Part shown: one piece after another, positions 43,096-56,338 of the stretch | Layout: every line of letters begins with the position of its first letter | Position numbering within the stretch: the first letter of the stretch is position 1 | From: Prorocentrum cordatum | Lineage: Eukaryota | NCBI GenBank assembly: GCA_963575745.1 | Contig: CAUYUJ010000081.1 | Coordinates: 372,001 to 436,000 of the forward strand | DNA length: 64,000 nucleotides | Direction of reading: 5' to 3' | Program-made: the position numbers and the translations under genes | The notes under the pieces: generated by a model | Databases searched by the model: none | Told to the model about the DNA's origin: nothing | What the model saw: only the letters and a program-made list of their open reading frames with translations

Positions 43096-43750
43096 GAAGT
43101 AAAGAGCACAAGAAAGGACACCGGCGTGCAACTTCATGGAGATCTGATTGGTGCAGGAGGCAACCAGCTCGCTGATGCCTGGACCAAGAAAAGAATCCTT
43201 CTATGACCTGAATCATGTGAGGCCCGTGCCGCGAGAATTGGTCTGTGGCTTGGGCGCCTTCAACAGTGGATCGGAAATTACGGGCTTCAGGACTCTGATG
43301 GCGACGGAGGCACGAGTGACGTCTGGCCCGAGTTAGACCCGGCCCCAAGCCTCACTGCTGCCGAGCTCAGCTGGACTGCAGGCTGTTTGGCCACTGGCGG
43401 AGAAGCTGGACACCTCCATGGGAACCCAGCTAAGCCTGCCGAGGTTCACGTCCTCGGACTGACCGAGGCTCCCGCTTGGAAATCCCACGGGCAGGCTGCC
43501 GGCAAGGCAGACGCGGCCAAAGCCGTCGAGGTGCCAGGCGCGGCCCCCCACCCACGGCTGTTCTGCATGCGGGTGCGGGGGCCTCGTGCCGGCCGCGCGT
43601 GAGCCCGGATGTGGAGCCTCAGCGGGAGGACTGCCTGGGCCGGTGGCACCGAGGGCTCAAAGCACCAGGGGTCGCGCCTCAGGTGGCACCTCCACGCCAG
43701 CGCGATCCTCTCCCCTTGCGACGCCGGGCGATCCTGGAGGAGGGGCTCGC
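43096..43750 (+). pseudogene. Decayed non-LTR retrotransposon 3' region (RNase H C-terminus plus Cys motif)
   Basis: VKSTRK...GNQLADAWTKK matches the RNase H VK.H...GN..AD..AK motif; stop follows; frameshifted LFCMR(C)GA downstream. Confidence 0.55.
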
Positions 43751-46700
43751 GCTGGACGGCGCCCGCAACCTTCACTTGGCAAGCCCAAAGTGGGTACGGA
43801 AAAATGACTACGATACCCAACAGAAAATGTTTCCCAAAACCGACAGCGGCCGTTGTTGGGCAGGCGGCCTTCTGTCTCAAATGGGCAACGTCCGCGGCGA
43901 CACCGACAGCGCGTCCTGCTCAAAATGAACAGGAACTGCTGTCGGTCTCCGTACACAGTCCTTCCGTACCCATCTCATCCATGCCGTTTCATCAGACAAG
44001 CGCGTTGCACCGTTCGCAAAGCAACTACTCTCAAATGGCCTGGATCCGCCGCGGGAGATCTACGACCCATTACATCGGGACGGACATGTGTTCTTCGGAC
44101 GTTTGCGAGTAGGCACCGGCCAGTGTACAGGAACGCACTCGGTGATCCAATCGGCTATACGCAAGGGTGACACTAGGCAAAGGTGACCCCTGGTGCGCGG
44201 CTTCATGGGGGACGCGGGGTGGCCAAACCTGGGCGCGCTAGCCGCTGCTACCGCTTCGCGCTCAGCGATCGGGGGATCCCATTGGGCCCCCTCCACAGGG
44301 CACTCCGGCGAAGGGTTACTCTTACGTCTAGTCGATCCAAAGCGAGCCTGCGGGTGCTGCTCGCGTGCCGGCGGCAGCGGAGCAGCCGCCCCGTGGGCCG
44401 CTGATGCCGCGGCCCCAGCGGCGCGTCTGCACGGCTCTCGCACGGCGGCCGCCGCCCCCGAGTCTGCGCGGGGGGCCCTGGCTGGGGTGGGCCTTCCTGG
44501 CCTAGGATGTCCCTCCTCCCTTCTTTTCGGCGACGTCGGCGATGCATCGGCGACGTCGGCGATGCATCGGCGTAATCGGCGTGGAGAAACCCTGGCTCCA
44601 CATCGAGCCGCATCGCCAATGCATCGTCGATGCGGCGCGAACCTCCGACCCCATCTGCTCAGACTCAGATCCCATCTTCATGGCCTAGAACGTGCCTTCT
44701 CTCTGCTGCTTGCTCGGCTGGAGGGCACGTGGCTTTGCCTGGCCTCCTAGCTCTGCTCTGCTCGGCGCACTCTGCCCCTGCCTGCCCAAGGCACGCCGGG
44801 CGCCCCTGCGCGCCACAAGGTGCTCTGGCGCTGGCAGGCGGTAAGACGCCGTCGGCAGAGGTTGGGCAGGTCTCGGTTGGGTGGGCCTTCACGGGGAGCC
44901 GCTGTGGATCTTCGCGGCCCTATAAATAACGTGATTCCACTGGATGTCGTCCAGATTTCGACCACCCCTTTCTATCCTTTCGTCCAGATTACGCCCAGAT
45001 GTCGTCCAGATTTCTTCCAGATGTTGTCCAGATGTCGACCAAGTCCGACGAAATCCAAACTAAGAATTTTGGGACCCTCTGAGGCTCCCATGAAGGACCA
45101 CGCAAGCGTGGGGAGGCGGCCCAGGAAGGCTCGCTGGGGCCGACTTTCGGGTGAGCTCCATGGCGGGTTAACCTCCATGGGTACTCTGTAGCAGTGATGC
45201 GTGGCCTCGCCGTCGCGTCCCAGGCGGCGCTTGTAGCTGAGCTGGTTTGGCATTATGCCCATTGTCGTGCGCGTGGTGGTGCAGGGTAACTTGCGCACAT
45301 ACCCGATTTCATGGCCGTCCCGACACCAATGCCGTCGAAGTTGATCCGCCTTTTCCTGTTCTTCCTCCTCCTCCTCCTCCTCCGCCTCCTCCTCCTCCTC
45401 CTATTGCCTCTCCCCATTCCCCGGTGCATAGCGCCCTGAAATTATCGTCCACCTGCAGCGCCAACGCATATTAGTTCGTTGCCATCCCCGAGTTCCAAGC
45501 AAAACTGAAGCACCAGTTGGTTGGGACACTGGCACGCCAACTCCAACAAGGCACAGCAACCAGAGCAAGACGCGCAAAAACCGATTCAGTGACACACCAT
45601 CTCACAAGACACACCAGGTCAGCAGAAATAGTTACTGGAGGGGAAGAGAGGAGCAAAGATATTCGTCCATCCGCATTGATTTCCTACATGGTTAAACATC
45701 CCGTTCAAAATGTCACACAGACGCGTTGTCTTCGCCGTCATCCGTTCCCGGCACGCCCCTTCGGAACGCTCCTCAAAACATGGTTTCCTGAGGGCAAATT
45801 CGAATCGGCCTAATCGCCGGTTCCAACGTGAAGCTATCCGCCGCACACCCAGGAGGGTATCAGGCGACACACAGGAGTGAAGTCGAGGCCGATCCCTGAA
45901 TGTGTCGCTCTCCTCACCATTGCGACCCATGTCCTTGGTGTCTCCCCACTGGGGTCTCCCCATTGCGGCCCATGTTCTTGAATCTCTCCTCCCGAGTGCG
46001 GCCCATGTCCTTGAAACTCCCTCCTTAAAATGCAGATGCGCAAGGCGCTGGGCCGTCCTGGCCCCAAGGGCCACGAAGCTCACATAATGACCAGGCAGTT
46101 TCGAAGAGGGCCCCCCAGAAAACAAATCTTGAAATCCTCGACGACTTGAATCGTATGCACGGGATCCTGCCGCAAAGCCTTCGGCTGGGTTCCACATGAG
46201 ACACGAGTGAGGGAACCACCGACGATGTCGCCGAAAACGTTCTCAAGCTTTGGGGGGCCAACGCCCAACGAATCGGTGCCAACTGGAGCCAGTACCACTC
46301 GAAATTTGTACGCAAATACTGGTAGAAACTTGACTGCGAATACTTCCTCGCATAATCTGACGGCTTGCATCGTGCACAATCTTGCCCGCCGCCTCCTCCT
46401 CCTCCTTTTCATCCACCTCCTCCTCCTCCCCCTCGTCGTTCCAATCATTTTCGTCCTACGAATTTATTATATCCCACCACCCTGCGCTACCCCAGTCCGA
46501 CTAAAAGGCCCCTGTCTGGCCTGGCACTGCCAGCGATGGCGGGTTGCTGGACCTCGAGGCCGTCGTCCTCGTAGTCCTCGTCCTTGCAAGCATCGCGTAC
46601 CCGCGGGCTTCAAAACAATAAACCCAAAGGATCGGCCTCCAGAGTGTATGCTTCAAACGCGTTCAAAGTCCCCCCGATATGCTAAACGCACTTGTCTTGT

Positions 46701-47224
46701 GTGAAGGGCCCGGTAGCTGTAGTGCGGACGCGGTGTTCTGGGGCCCACTCAGATCCCCCGAGGCGATCTGCGGATCAGCCCCCCTGGCTTCTCGGGAACC
46801 CCCCAGCTCCTGAAGGTGTTGCTCTGCTTCGCTTTATTTCAGCGTGCTTCGCGTTGCACTGCATTGACGCGTTGCAATGCGATGCGTTGCTCTGGGTTGC
46901 TCCGAACTGCACTGACCTTGCTTTCTGGCGCAACGCCTTGCATTTGAACGACGCCGATAACTCGCAGGATGTGGTTGATCTCCCTTTCCCTCTGTATAGA
47001 AGGACAAGCGCCCGCACTCAGACCTGACCAACGACGGTAGCGGGAAGCAGAAGAAATAAGCAAATATTAGAATGCCACCACACACACACACGTTTCGCCC
47101 TCCAGCGGCGAGAAGGTGGCACCGTCGCGAAGCGCTAAGCCGGGACATGTTTATGCGAAGTTCCACCTGGCGCAGCAGATGGGTGGACTGGACAGAGGCA
47201 ACTGTTTGAGGAAAAACACACGCA

Positions 47225-47261
<37 letters not shown>

Positions 47262-47529
47262 CGCCCCGAACCCCGCCCGTTGAAAGGCCAGAGGCCAGAC
47301 GCTGAAAGGCTAGGCTCGGGATGGCGGGGTAGCCTGAACCACCAGATGCTTTTCGCTGAATCTCCGTTAAACGAGTCCTTTCGACCACCAGCAGTGCCGT
47401 CGCAGAGGAAGGTCGGGAAAGAAGAGACTCGCACCACTCGGCACACTTCAGCGAACCATCCGCCGAAAAGCCGAACACAGAAAACTGCACCCACCCCAAC
47501 CCAAAGTAGGGGAAGTTTGCTGCTGCATG

Positions 47530-47965
47530 GGCGCATTGCATGGCATTGATTGGCATTGCTTGGCATATTGCGCGGCGGCATTGCTTGGCATATTGCGCGA
47601 CGTTGTTTTCAATTGCTTGGCATTGTTTAGCGTGGTTTGCCATTGCGCGACGTTGCCTGGCATTGCTTGGCATTGCGTGGCCTTGTTTTGCATGGCTTGG
47701 CGTTGCTTGGCGGTGATTTCCATTGCGTGGCGAGGCAGCAAGGAACCAATACCAAGGAACCAAGAAACCAAGGCAAACCAACCAAGGAAGCAAGACCAGG
47801 GAGCCAAGAAACCAAGACTAACAAGAAACCAAATAACCATAGCCAAGGAATCAAGAGACCAAGACCAAGGAGCCAGGGAAACCAAGACCAATGAACCACG
47901 ACACCAAGACCAAATAGCCAAAGAGCCCAACCAACAAGACTTGGCAATGCCTTGTAAGAAAACAA
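47530..47965. repeat. TTGCTTGGCA-type short-period array abutting an ACCAAGAA-type array
   Basis: Directly visible degenerate 5-10 bp periodicities. Confidence 0.8.
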
Positions 47966-50146
47966 TGCCAAGAAACCCTGGGAAGGCCCTTGCAAAGAAA
48001 CTAACCCAAAGAGCCCCGCACCCACTGGTTCTCCAAGAGAAACAAAAACCTCATAGGCAAAGCCTCATGGGGGAGTGCCGCACCCAACCCATACGAAACA
48101 AGTGGCAAAATGAACAGGTCGATCCTGCACGGGTGATGATGCGGTAGGGAGCACGATCAGATGTAAAAGCTACAAGACGGGGCCTACGAGTCGCTCGCCC
48201 AATGAACCCGATATGATGCAAACGCGAAGGATTAGACATGGATGGGGACAAGAGAGCATGACCAACATCAAAATCAATAAGGAGGCTAGCACGGGAGAGA
48301 GAATCCGCCAACCTCCGCTTGCGAGGGGTGCAAAGGCGTGTGGAATGATTGCCCTCCCCTGGATTATGACATCCGAAGAGAATGGGGTGGGGGGGGGCCG
48401 GGGGGGTCTCTGGGCTCCCCACCGCTCCCCTAGGGCCCTGAGAGACTCCATTTCTACACTCAGTGGATAGCCTTCGAAATGCTTGAAACTCATTCTGAGC
48501 TTGCTTTAGCTGGGCTCCAACACGTCAAGGAGGCCTCAGAAACAAACAAGATAACCTCAAGACGGCCCAAGAAGCCCCCAAGACGCCCTCAGAGAGCTGC
48601 AAGATGAACCCAAGAGGGCCCCAAGAGGCCAAAATCGCCCTAAGTCCGAAGTGGAGTCCGAAGGAACACGTACATGTTTAGCATCTGTCCAAAGCAGCTC
48701 AAGAGGCCCCCAAGACCGCTCCAGGACGGCCCAAGTAGTCCCCCAGGGGGACCCTAGACAACCCAAGAGAGCCCCAGAACGGCCCCAGAGGCGCCCAAGA
48801 CAGCCCAAGAGGGCCCTAAAGGAGCCGCAAGAGAAGCACAAGAAGGGCACATCGAACTTAAATTTCGAGCCCTCCGCCCCAAGAAGAGCCCCGAAACCGC
48901 CAGCAGGCGCCCAACAGACCCCCAAGAGGCCTCAAGAGGCCCCCAAGAAGCCCAAACGATGCCCCAGAAGGCCTCACCCGTGACCGTCGGTTCTCCTATG
49001 GGGGTCGGCAGAATGGAGTTGGCAGCACCCAAGGAGGCGAGCTCGACATTGGATCCCGTAAGACGTCGCTCACCTGCACCAGCCTGGACCTTCTCAGTTC
49101 ATGAAAAAGGCGAAAGTTGTTCAACTGGCAGCCTCCAGGGCGACGAGGTTTAGCTCGCCTCCCTAGAAGGCGTTGCTCCGCTGGACCTCCCAGGACCTCA
49201 CCAAAGTGGCGACAGCCGCGCAGTTGGCGGCAGCACCCAGGGATACCCTGGGCCCCCGTAAGACGTCGCTTCGCTGAACCTCCCCAGAGCTCGCAGAAGT
49301 GGCGACAATTGGGCATTCGGCAGCACACCGGGCGGCGAGGTCTATGTAGCTTGGCTCCCTCGAAGACGTCGACCCGCTGAACCCCCTAGGAGCTCACGAA
49401 AATGGCGACAGTTGGGCAGCTGGCAGCCCTCAGAGAGGCGAGGCCTAGTCTGGATGCCCGAAAACGTCGCTCCGCTGGACCTCCCTCCTAGGAGCTCGCG
49501 ACATTGGCGACAGCTGCACACTAAGTGACATCTGTATTGCTTTGCGTTGGGCTGCGCTGCGCTGCTGAATTTGGCCTTTTCGGGCCTTCCTGGAGGCCCT
49601 CTTGGAGGCCTCTTGGGCCGTCTTGGGCCATCTTAGGGCCATGTTCGGCCGTCTTGGTGGGCTCCTGGTCCGTCTGACGCCGTCGGAAGCCGTTCGGGGA
49701 GCCTCTATGGGCCGATTTGGGGCCCTCTTGGAATGCTCCAGGGCCGTCTTAGAGGCCATCTTGGGCGTCTGAAAGGCCTCCTGTGCCGTCTTGGGGGCCT
49801 CTTGGAACCCGTCTTGGGGCCCTCTTGGGCCGTCGTGGGCCATCTTAGGGCCATGTTCGGCCGTCTTGGTGGGCCACAAAAGTTACAATCCAGTCTGGGG
49901 AATCACATTGCTCTACACTGCTTCGAAGCTCATTGCTTTGCACTGCTCTGGATTGCACTGCGTCTGCTTTCTGTCGACGGCGCGCCCGGGGGGAAGGCAG
50001 AAAGGGGCTTCTCAGAAGCACTCCACCCTTCCAAGAAGTCTTCTGAGCCTTCTCCGAGGCCACAGACGGCCTCTCAAAGCAGCGAAGGCTGCTGAGAAGC
50101 CCCGCCGCCTTCTGAGGCCAGCCCCCTCTACCGTCCCCCCGTGCGC

Positions 50147-50254
50147 GCCGCCGATTATGGTGCTCCCCCCCGCGCAGACGCCGTCCTTCCACTGGGCGCT
50201 GTCGCTGGAGCACGCGCACGCCAAGAGGCCCAGCAGGAGCAGCGACCGGAGCAT
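50147..50254 (-). CDS. Probable first coding exon with signal peptide: MLRSLLLLGLLACACSSDSAQWKDGVCAGGSTIIGG
   Basis: ATG at 50254, strongly GC3-biased codons, hydrophobic core followed by small residues. A GC donor at 50146 (phase 0) would join in frame to the exon at 31916 across an ~18.2 kb intron. The linkage and the exact donor are inferred. Confidence 0.55.
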
Positions 50255-51013
50255 CGAGGGCTGCCCAGGCGCGGCCGCCGAGGGAGCCCTCAGCACCGCT
50301 GTTGGGCCGACGAGGGGCTACGAGAGCGGGCCTTCCTCCTCCTCCTCCTCCTCCTCCTCCTCCTCCTCCTCCTCCTCCTCCTCCTCCTCCTCCTCCTCCT
50401 CCTAATCCTTCCTCCTCTGCCCCCTGTTCCCCCTCCCCTGGCCCGTGAAACAAATCTGGCTCTGTCGCCTCCCAGACACTAACCGACCCTGCCACCACTC
50501 GACGGCAGCTGCTGCGCACATCGGCGCAGGGCGAATACAATACGGGGCACGGGTCGGTCGAGCGGCCCAGGGGCACTGGACAGCGAATTGCTTGCGCACT
50601 GCAAGAAGCAGGGAAAGGAGACGCAGGGCGGCCGCGGAGGACGGGAGCGGGCGAGGGCGAGAGCAGCAACAAGGAGGGAGGGAAACAGGGACGACCGAGA
50701 CCGAGACGGGCCCAGGTCCACCAGGAGCGAGCTGCTTCGAAAACGAGCCCCGCAGAGGGAGCAGGAAGAGGGGGAGGAGCAGCAGGATGTACGCGGCTTC
50801 GGCAAGCTGGCGGAGACCACCAGCGAGCCTGGGCGCAGGGGGCAAAAACTGGCCTCTAAGGGAAAAAAATGCCAGGCTCAGAAGGGAGACTCTCGCGAGT
50901 CGGGGAGCAGCAGCAGGAGCAGGCAGGCACAGGGATGGGAGAGACGGGGACTGCCATGAACGAAGCGGGGCCCGAGAGCACGGGTCCTGAACCCCCAGGA
51001 CCAGCTCTGAATC

Positions 51014-51103
51014 CTGAGACCGTTCGTGGACAGTCCTCAGGCCGCTGGAAGCCACCGAGAGCCCGACAAGCGCGAACAACCTCAGGACGCGCGATTGCGT
51101 CAT
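51014..51103 (-). CDS. Candidate second signal-peptide exon: MTQSRVLRLFALVGLSVASSGLRTVHERSQ
   Basis: gccATG start context, hydrophobic core, CAG|gatt GA donor. Partner exons unknown. Confidence 0.35.
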
Positions 51104-51961
51104 GGCGAGGGGACATGAAGAGGAACATTACGGCAGGTTCGTGTCGCTTGCCGAACACACTGGGGATCGCCCGATTCTGGGTCGCCAGAGGCGTTCAACG
51201 TTGAACACTGGCGGCGGGGTCGCCGCCGGTCGACACGACGCGAACCTACCACAGGGGGGGACGGGCCCAAGGGGGCGGAACATCGAGCTGGAATCGGCGA
51301 TACATTGCCAGTAGATCGTAGCGAAACCGCCCATTCCTGGGGGGGGGCATCAGACACACATCGGCGAAAAAAATGGGCGGTTGGGGCTCGATGCATCCCC
51401 CCGTGCCCGTCCCCCCGTGACGTTGCCCCTGGGTGTTCAGGTTGTAACCTGCTCTCTGGCGGCCGTTCGGCACGTGCACGTGCTGGGCACCCGCGGAACG
51501 CCCTCGGAAAGGAGCAGCTGCTGAAACATCCCCAGGCTGGAAACCCGATGAGAACCGACGGAAACGTCCGAAAACGCCCGGACCGACAAACCCCCCCCGA
51601 ACGTTGCCCCCGAGGAGGACTTGGGCACCTACCCGCTTCAGGTTCCAGAATCACCCTGGGACCGCTCCTGGGTGGCAATTGTCACCTGAGACGGGTGACT
51701 TGCCATCTGGGCCGCTCTCAGGAGCCTTGTGGGCAGCCGTTCCAAGGTGATGTTCATCTGCCCCCCCCTCTCTTGGGACCAGCTGTGAGGCCAAACCGGA
51801 AAACAGAAAATCCCATTTGGAAAATGAGCAATTTTGTGGCTCAGGTACACCTCCCCACTGATCCTCGAAAGCGCCTGCTGCTTTGAGGAGCATCCAAAGA
51901 GATTCTCACCCCGAAACCGTTCGAGCCTGAGTCTCCATCTGGGACCCCCAGTACAATTAGC

Positions 51962-53794
51962 CTGACGAAGGACCCAACCATATGTAGCTGCGATTGCCGC
52001 ATTGTGGGGACCGCTTTCGGTGGAGCTCCCTATGGGGAACCGAAGCGTGCGAGGGGTGCGCCGAAATCGGTGGCGCTGACGCATGCGGACCCTGCCACTG
52101 GAGCCTTCTGTGGAGTTCCCTATGGGGCCATTAAGCGCTGTCCTGAGTGGCGGCGACGCATGCGGACCCTGTCACCGGAGCCTTCGGTGGAGCTCCCTAA
52201 GGGGCCATTAAGCGCTGTCCTGGGTGGCGGCGACGCATGCGGACCCTGCCTCTGGAGCCTTCGGTGGAGCTGCCTAAAGGGCCGCGAAACGCTGTCCTGG
52301 GTGGCGGTGACGCATGCGGACACTGCCACTGGAGCCTTCCGTGGAGCTCCCTATGGGGCCACGAAACCGTGTCATGGGTGGCGGTGACGCATGCGGGCCC
52401 TGCCACTGGAGCCTTCGGTGGAGCTCCCTATGGGGCCACGAAACGCTATCCTGGGTGGCGGTGACGCATGCGGACCCTGCCACTGGAGCCATCGGTGGAG
52501 CTCCCTAAAGGGCCACGAAACCCTGTCCTGGGTGGCGGTGACGCATGCGGACACTGCCACTGGCGCCTTCCGTGGAGCTCCCTAAAGGGCCGCGAAACGC
52601 TGTCCTGGGTGGCGGTGACGCATGCGAACACTGCCACCAGAGCCTTCGGTGGAGCTCCCTATGGGGCCACGAAACCCTGTCCTGGGTGGCGGTGACGCAT
52701 GCGGACCCTGCCACTGGAGCCTTCGGTGGAGCTCCCTATGGGGCCACGAAACCCTGTCCTGGGTGGCAGTGACGCACGCGGCACTGCCACTGGAGCCTTC
52801 CATGGAGCTCCCTATGGGGCCACGAAACGTTGTCCTGGGTGGCGGTGGCGCATACGGACCCTGCCACTGGAGCCTTCTGTGAAGCTCCCTATGGGGCCAT
52901 TAAGCGCTGTCCTGAGTGGCGGTGACGCATGCGGACCCTGTCACCGGAGCCTTCGGTGGAGCTCCCTAAGGGGCCATTAAGCGCTGCCCTGGGTGGCGGT
53001 GACGCATGCGGACCCTGCCACTGGAGCCTTCAGTGGAGCTGCCTATGGGGCCACGAAACGCTGCCCTTGGTGGCGGTGACGCATGCGGGCCCTGCCACTG
53101 GAGCCTTCGGTGGAGCTCCCTATGGGGCCACGAAGCGCTATCCTGGGTGGCGGTGACGCATGCGGACCCTGCCACTGGAGCCTTCGGTGGAGCTCCCTAA
53201 AGGGCCACGAAACGCTGTCCTGGTGGCGGTGACGCATGCGGACCCTGCCACTGGAGCCATCGGTGGAGGTGCCTATGGGGCCACGAAACGCTGTCCTGGG
53301 TGGCGGTGACGCATGCGGACATCGCCACTGGAGCCTTCGGTGGAGAACCTATAGAGCCACGAAACTCTGTCCTTGGTGGCGGTGACGCATGCGGACACTG
53401 CCACTGGAGCCTTCGGTGGAGCTCGCTATGGGGCCACGAAGCGCTGTCCTGAGTGGCGGTGACGCATGCGGGCCCTGCCACTGGAGCCTTCCGTGGAGCT
53501 CCCTACGGGGCCACGAAATGATGTACTGGGTGGGGGGGAGAGCCTTCGGTGGAGCTCACCATGGGGCCACCAAACGCTGTCCTGGGTGGCGGTGTCGCAT
53601 GCGGACCTTGCCACTGGAACCTTCGGTGGAGCTCTCTCTTGGGCCACGAAAGGCTGTACTGAGTGAGTGAAACGCAGGGAGGTGACGAGGCGGATGGGAG
53701 GGGGGAGTAGGGCGAGGGGGAGGAGAGGAGAGGAACGCTGGGCGCTGTCTCTTCAAAACCAAGACCAAACACCACAGGATGGTTGGGGAAAAAA
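51962..53794 (+). mobile_element. Family C element carrying a 77-bp tandem array (~21 units)
   Basis: CCCAACCAT (51973) and inverted ATGGTTGGG (53779) followed by an A-run. Unit GACGCATGCGGACCCTGCCACTGGAGCCTTCGGTGGAGCTCCCTATGGGGCCACGAAACGCTGTCCTGGGTGGCGGT; period 77 (52080 to 52157). Confidence 0.8.
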
Positions 53795-53809
53795 CGCTCT
53801 CGGGGATCT

Positions 53810-54565
53810 CCACATATCGCAACACCCAAGGATGGCGAGGCCCCGATCTGATCTGCTGAGCACCGCACTAGGCTCGCCCGCATTGGCAGCCCTCGTAAGT
53901 GGCGACAGTGTGGCAGGTCGCAGCCCCCCAAGGATGGCGAGGTGCCGCTCTGATCTGCGTAGCACCGCACTAAGCTCCCGCCCCAACAACCCTGGCAAGT
54001 GGCGACAACTTGGCAGATCGCAGCCCCCCAAGGATGGCGAGGTCCCGCTCTGATCTGTTTAGCACCGCAATAAGCTGGCCCCCATCAGCAGCCCTCGAAA
54101 AAGGCGACAGCTTCGCAAAACGCGGCCCCCCAGGGATAGCGAGGTCCCGCTCTAGTCTGCTGAGCACCGCACTCAGCTGGCCACACCCAGCAGCTCTCGA
54201 AAGTGGCCACAATTTCGCTGATCGCGCCCCACCCCAGGGATGACGAGGTCCCGCCCTGATATGCTTAGCACAGCACTCAGCTGGCCCCGTCAGCAGCCCT
54301 CGAGAGTGGCAATAGTTTCGCGGATCGCGGCTCCCCAAAGATGGACAGATCCCGCTCTGATCTGCTTAGCACCGCACTAGGCTGTCCCCACCAGCAGCCC
54401 TCGAAAAGGGCGACGGCTTTGCAAATCGCAGCCCCCCCATGGATGGCGAGGTCCCGCTCTGATCTGCTTAGTACCGCACTAAGCGCCCCCCCCAGCAGCC
54501 CTCGTACGTGGCGACAGTTCCGCAGATCGCAACCTCCAGGGATCGCAATTCCCAGGGATGGCGAA
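53810..54565. repeat. ~102-bp satellite; further arrays at ~58583-59130, a fragment at 57575-57611 and a diverged array at ~49020-49515
   Basis: Recurring GGATGGCGAGGTCCCGCTCTGATCTGCTTAGCACCGCAC ... CTCGAAAGTGGCGACA. Confidence 0.9.
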
Positions 54566-54620
54566 GTCGGAGGCAAGTACGACAGAAGCCAAGAGCAGAA
54601 AAAGAGAGAGAGAGAGATGA

Positions 54621-54653
<33 letters not shown>

Positions 54654-54938
54654 ATGATAGGCGGGAAGGAGGAAGGACGCGCGAGCAGTGCTCCATTCAA
54701 AACGAGCACCCAACCAAAGGAGGGTTGGACATAAAAATCGAGAGGCAAGGGCAGAAGGAGGCAGGAGGAGGGAGGCGGGAGGAGGAGGAGGAGGTGGAGA
54801 CCACAGTGCTCTATTCAAAGCGAATACCCAACCAAGGAGGGCTGAGGAAATAGTGCAATTTGAGATTTGCAAGGGGGGGTGCACCCCAGCCCCAAACTCG
54901 CAATGTATCACATAGAATCTCTGCTTAGGGAGCCTTAT

Positions 54939-55885
54939 CTCGCGGCTGGGCTCCGCAGCTGACTGTCGGGAGCGACCAAATAGATTTTCACACCAGAACC
55001 GTTCCAGGGTGAAAATAAAGCTGGGGCCCCCCAGCGCGAGAAAATGACTCTCAGGGATAAGCGGGGGCGGGGGGTACCCCAGCCTCCGAAATTGTCATTT
55101 TCCAAATGGAATGTCTCATTTGGAAGATTTTCTCGCGGATGGGTTCCCAAGCTGAATGTCGGGAGCGCCCAGATGGATTTTCACCCCAGAACCGCTCCAG
55201 AGTGAAAATCCATATGGGACCCCTCCATTTCAAAAAAAACTAGGAGATAGGCGATTGGTGTTTCCCCAGCCCCAAGAATCGTCATCTTGAAACTAGAGAT
55301 CTTATTGTGGAGGCTTTTCTCGCGGCTGGGCTCCTCAGCTGAATCTCGGGAGCGCCCAGATGGAGCTTCACCCCAGAACCGATCCAGGGAGAAAATCCAT
55401 CCATCTGGGAACCCCCAGCGTAAAAAACGCTTTCGGGGATAAGCTGCAAGGGGCCCAGTGAGGCCGTTTGCAAGGAGCCCAAGAAAGCCTGCTGCAAGGA
55501 GCCCAGTAAGGCCTGCTGCTCGAAGCCACACAGGGCATTCTGCAAGCAGCCCACTGAGGCCTTCTGCAAGGAGCCGGATAAGGCCTCATGCAAGGAGCCA
55601 AGTTCGGCCTTCTATGAGGAGCACAACGAATCCTTCTGTAAGGAGCCCAGCACGGCCTTCTGTGAAGAGCACAATAAATCCTTCTGTAAGGAGCCCAGCA
55701 CGGCCTTCTGTAAGGAGCACACTAAGGCCTTCTGCAAAGAGCACAATAAAGCCTTCTGCCAGAAGCCCAAGAAGTTCTTAAGTTCTTCTGTATGGAGCCC
55801 AGTAGGGCGTTCTGTAAGGAGCCTGATAAGGCGTTCTGTAAGGGGTCCCAGATGGATTTTCACCCTGAACCGTTCCAGGGCGATA
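54939..55885. repeat. ~190-bp dispersed-tandem repeat (3 copies plus a partial) with an embedded ~29-bp AAGGAGCCCAG..GGCCTTCTG array
   Basis: TCTCGCGG.TGGG.TCC at ~54938, 55131 and 55318; short array at 55445-55845. Confidence 0.8.
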
Positions 55886-56229
55886 CTGGAACCGGAAACG
55901 GTCAGTGTCAGGGTGTCGGAATCACCCCGAAACCTTTCCAAATGATTCTGGAACCTGAGGTGTTGAAATTTGCACCCCCGGCCGGCGGGGAATCTGCTCG
56001 ACGGTGAGCCTGGGGGAAGTCAGAGAGGGCGGGCCATCTCAAAAGGTTCGCAAGGCCTGAGGCCTGCTGAGACGTCTGAGCCTTCTCCGCAAGCAGAAAC
56101 GGCTTCTGCGAAGCCAAGAGGGTTGCTGAGTAGCCCGCCGCCTTCTGAGAAGGCCTGCCTCCTCTCACTTCCCCAAGGCGCGCCGCCGAGAGAGGGTGAC
56201 GAAGAAGACGAGGACGAGAGTACATGGAG

Positions 56230-56259
56230 GGCGACGACGACAACGACGACGACGACGAG

Positions 56260-56319
<60 letters not shown>

Positions 56320-56338
56320 CACGACCACGATGACGACG
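56230..56338. repeat. (GAC)n microsatellite
   Basis: Directly visible. Confidence 0.97.

Noticed and set aside
52015..53660. Possible CRISPR array (also 29912-30595 and the ~102-bp arrays)
   Set aside because: Whole units are repeated, with no unique spacers and no cas genes; eukaryotic context.
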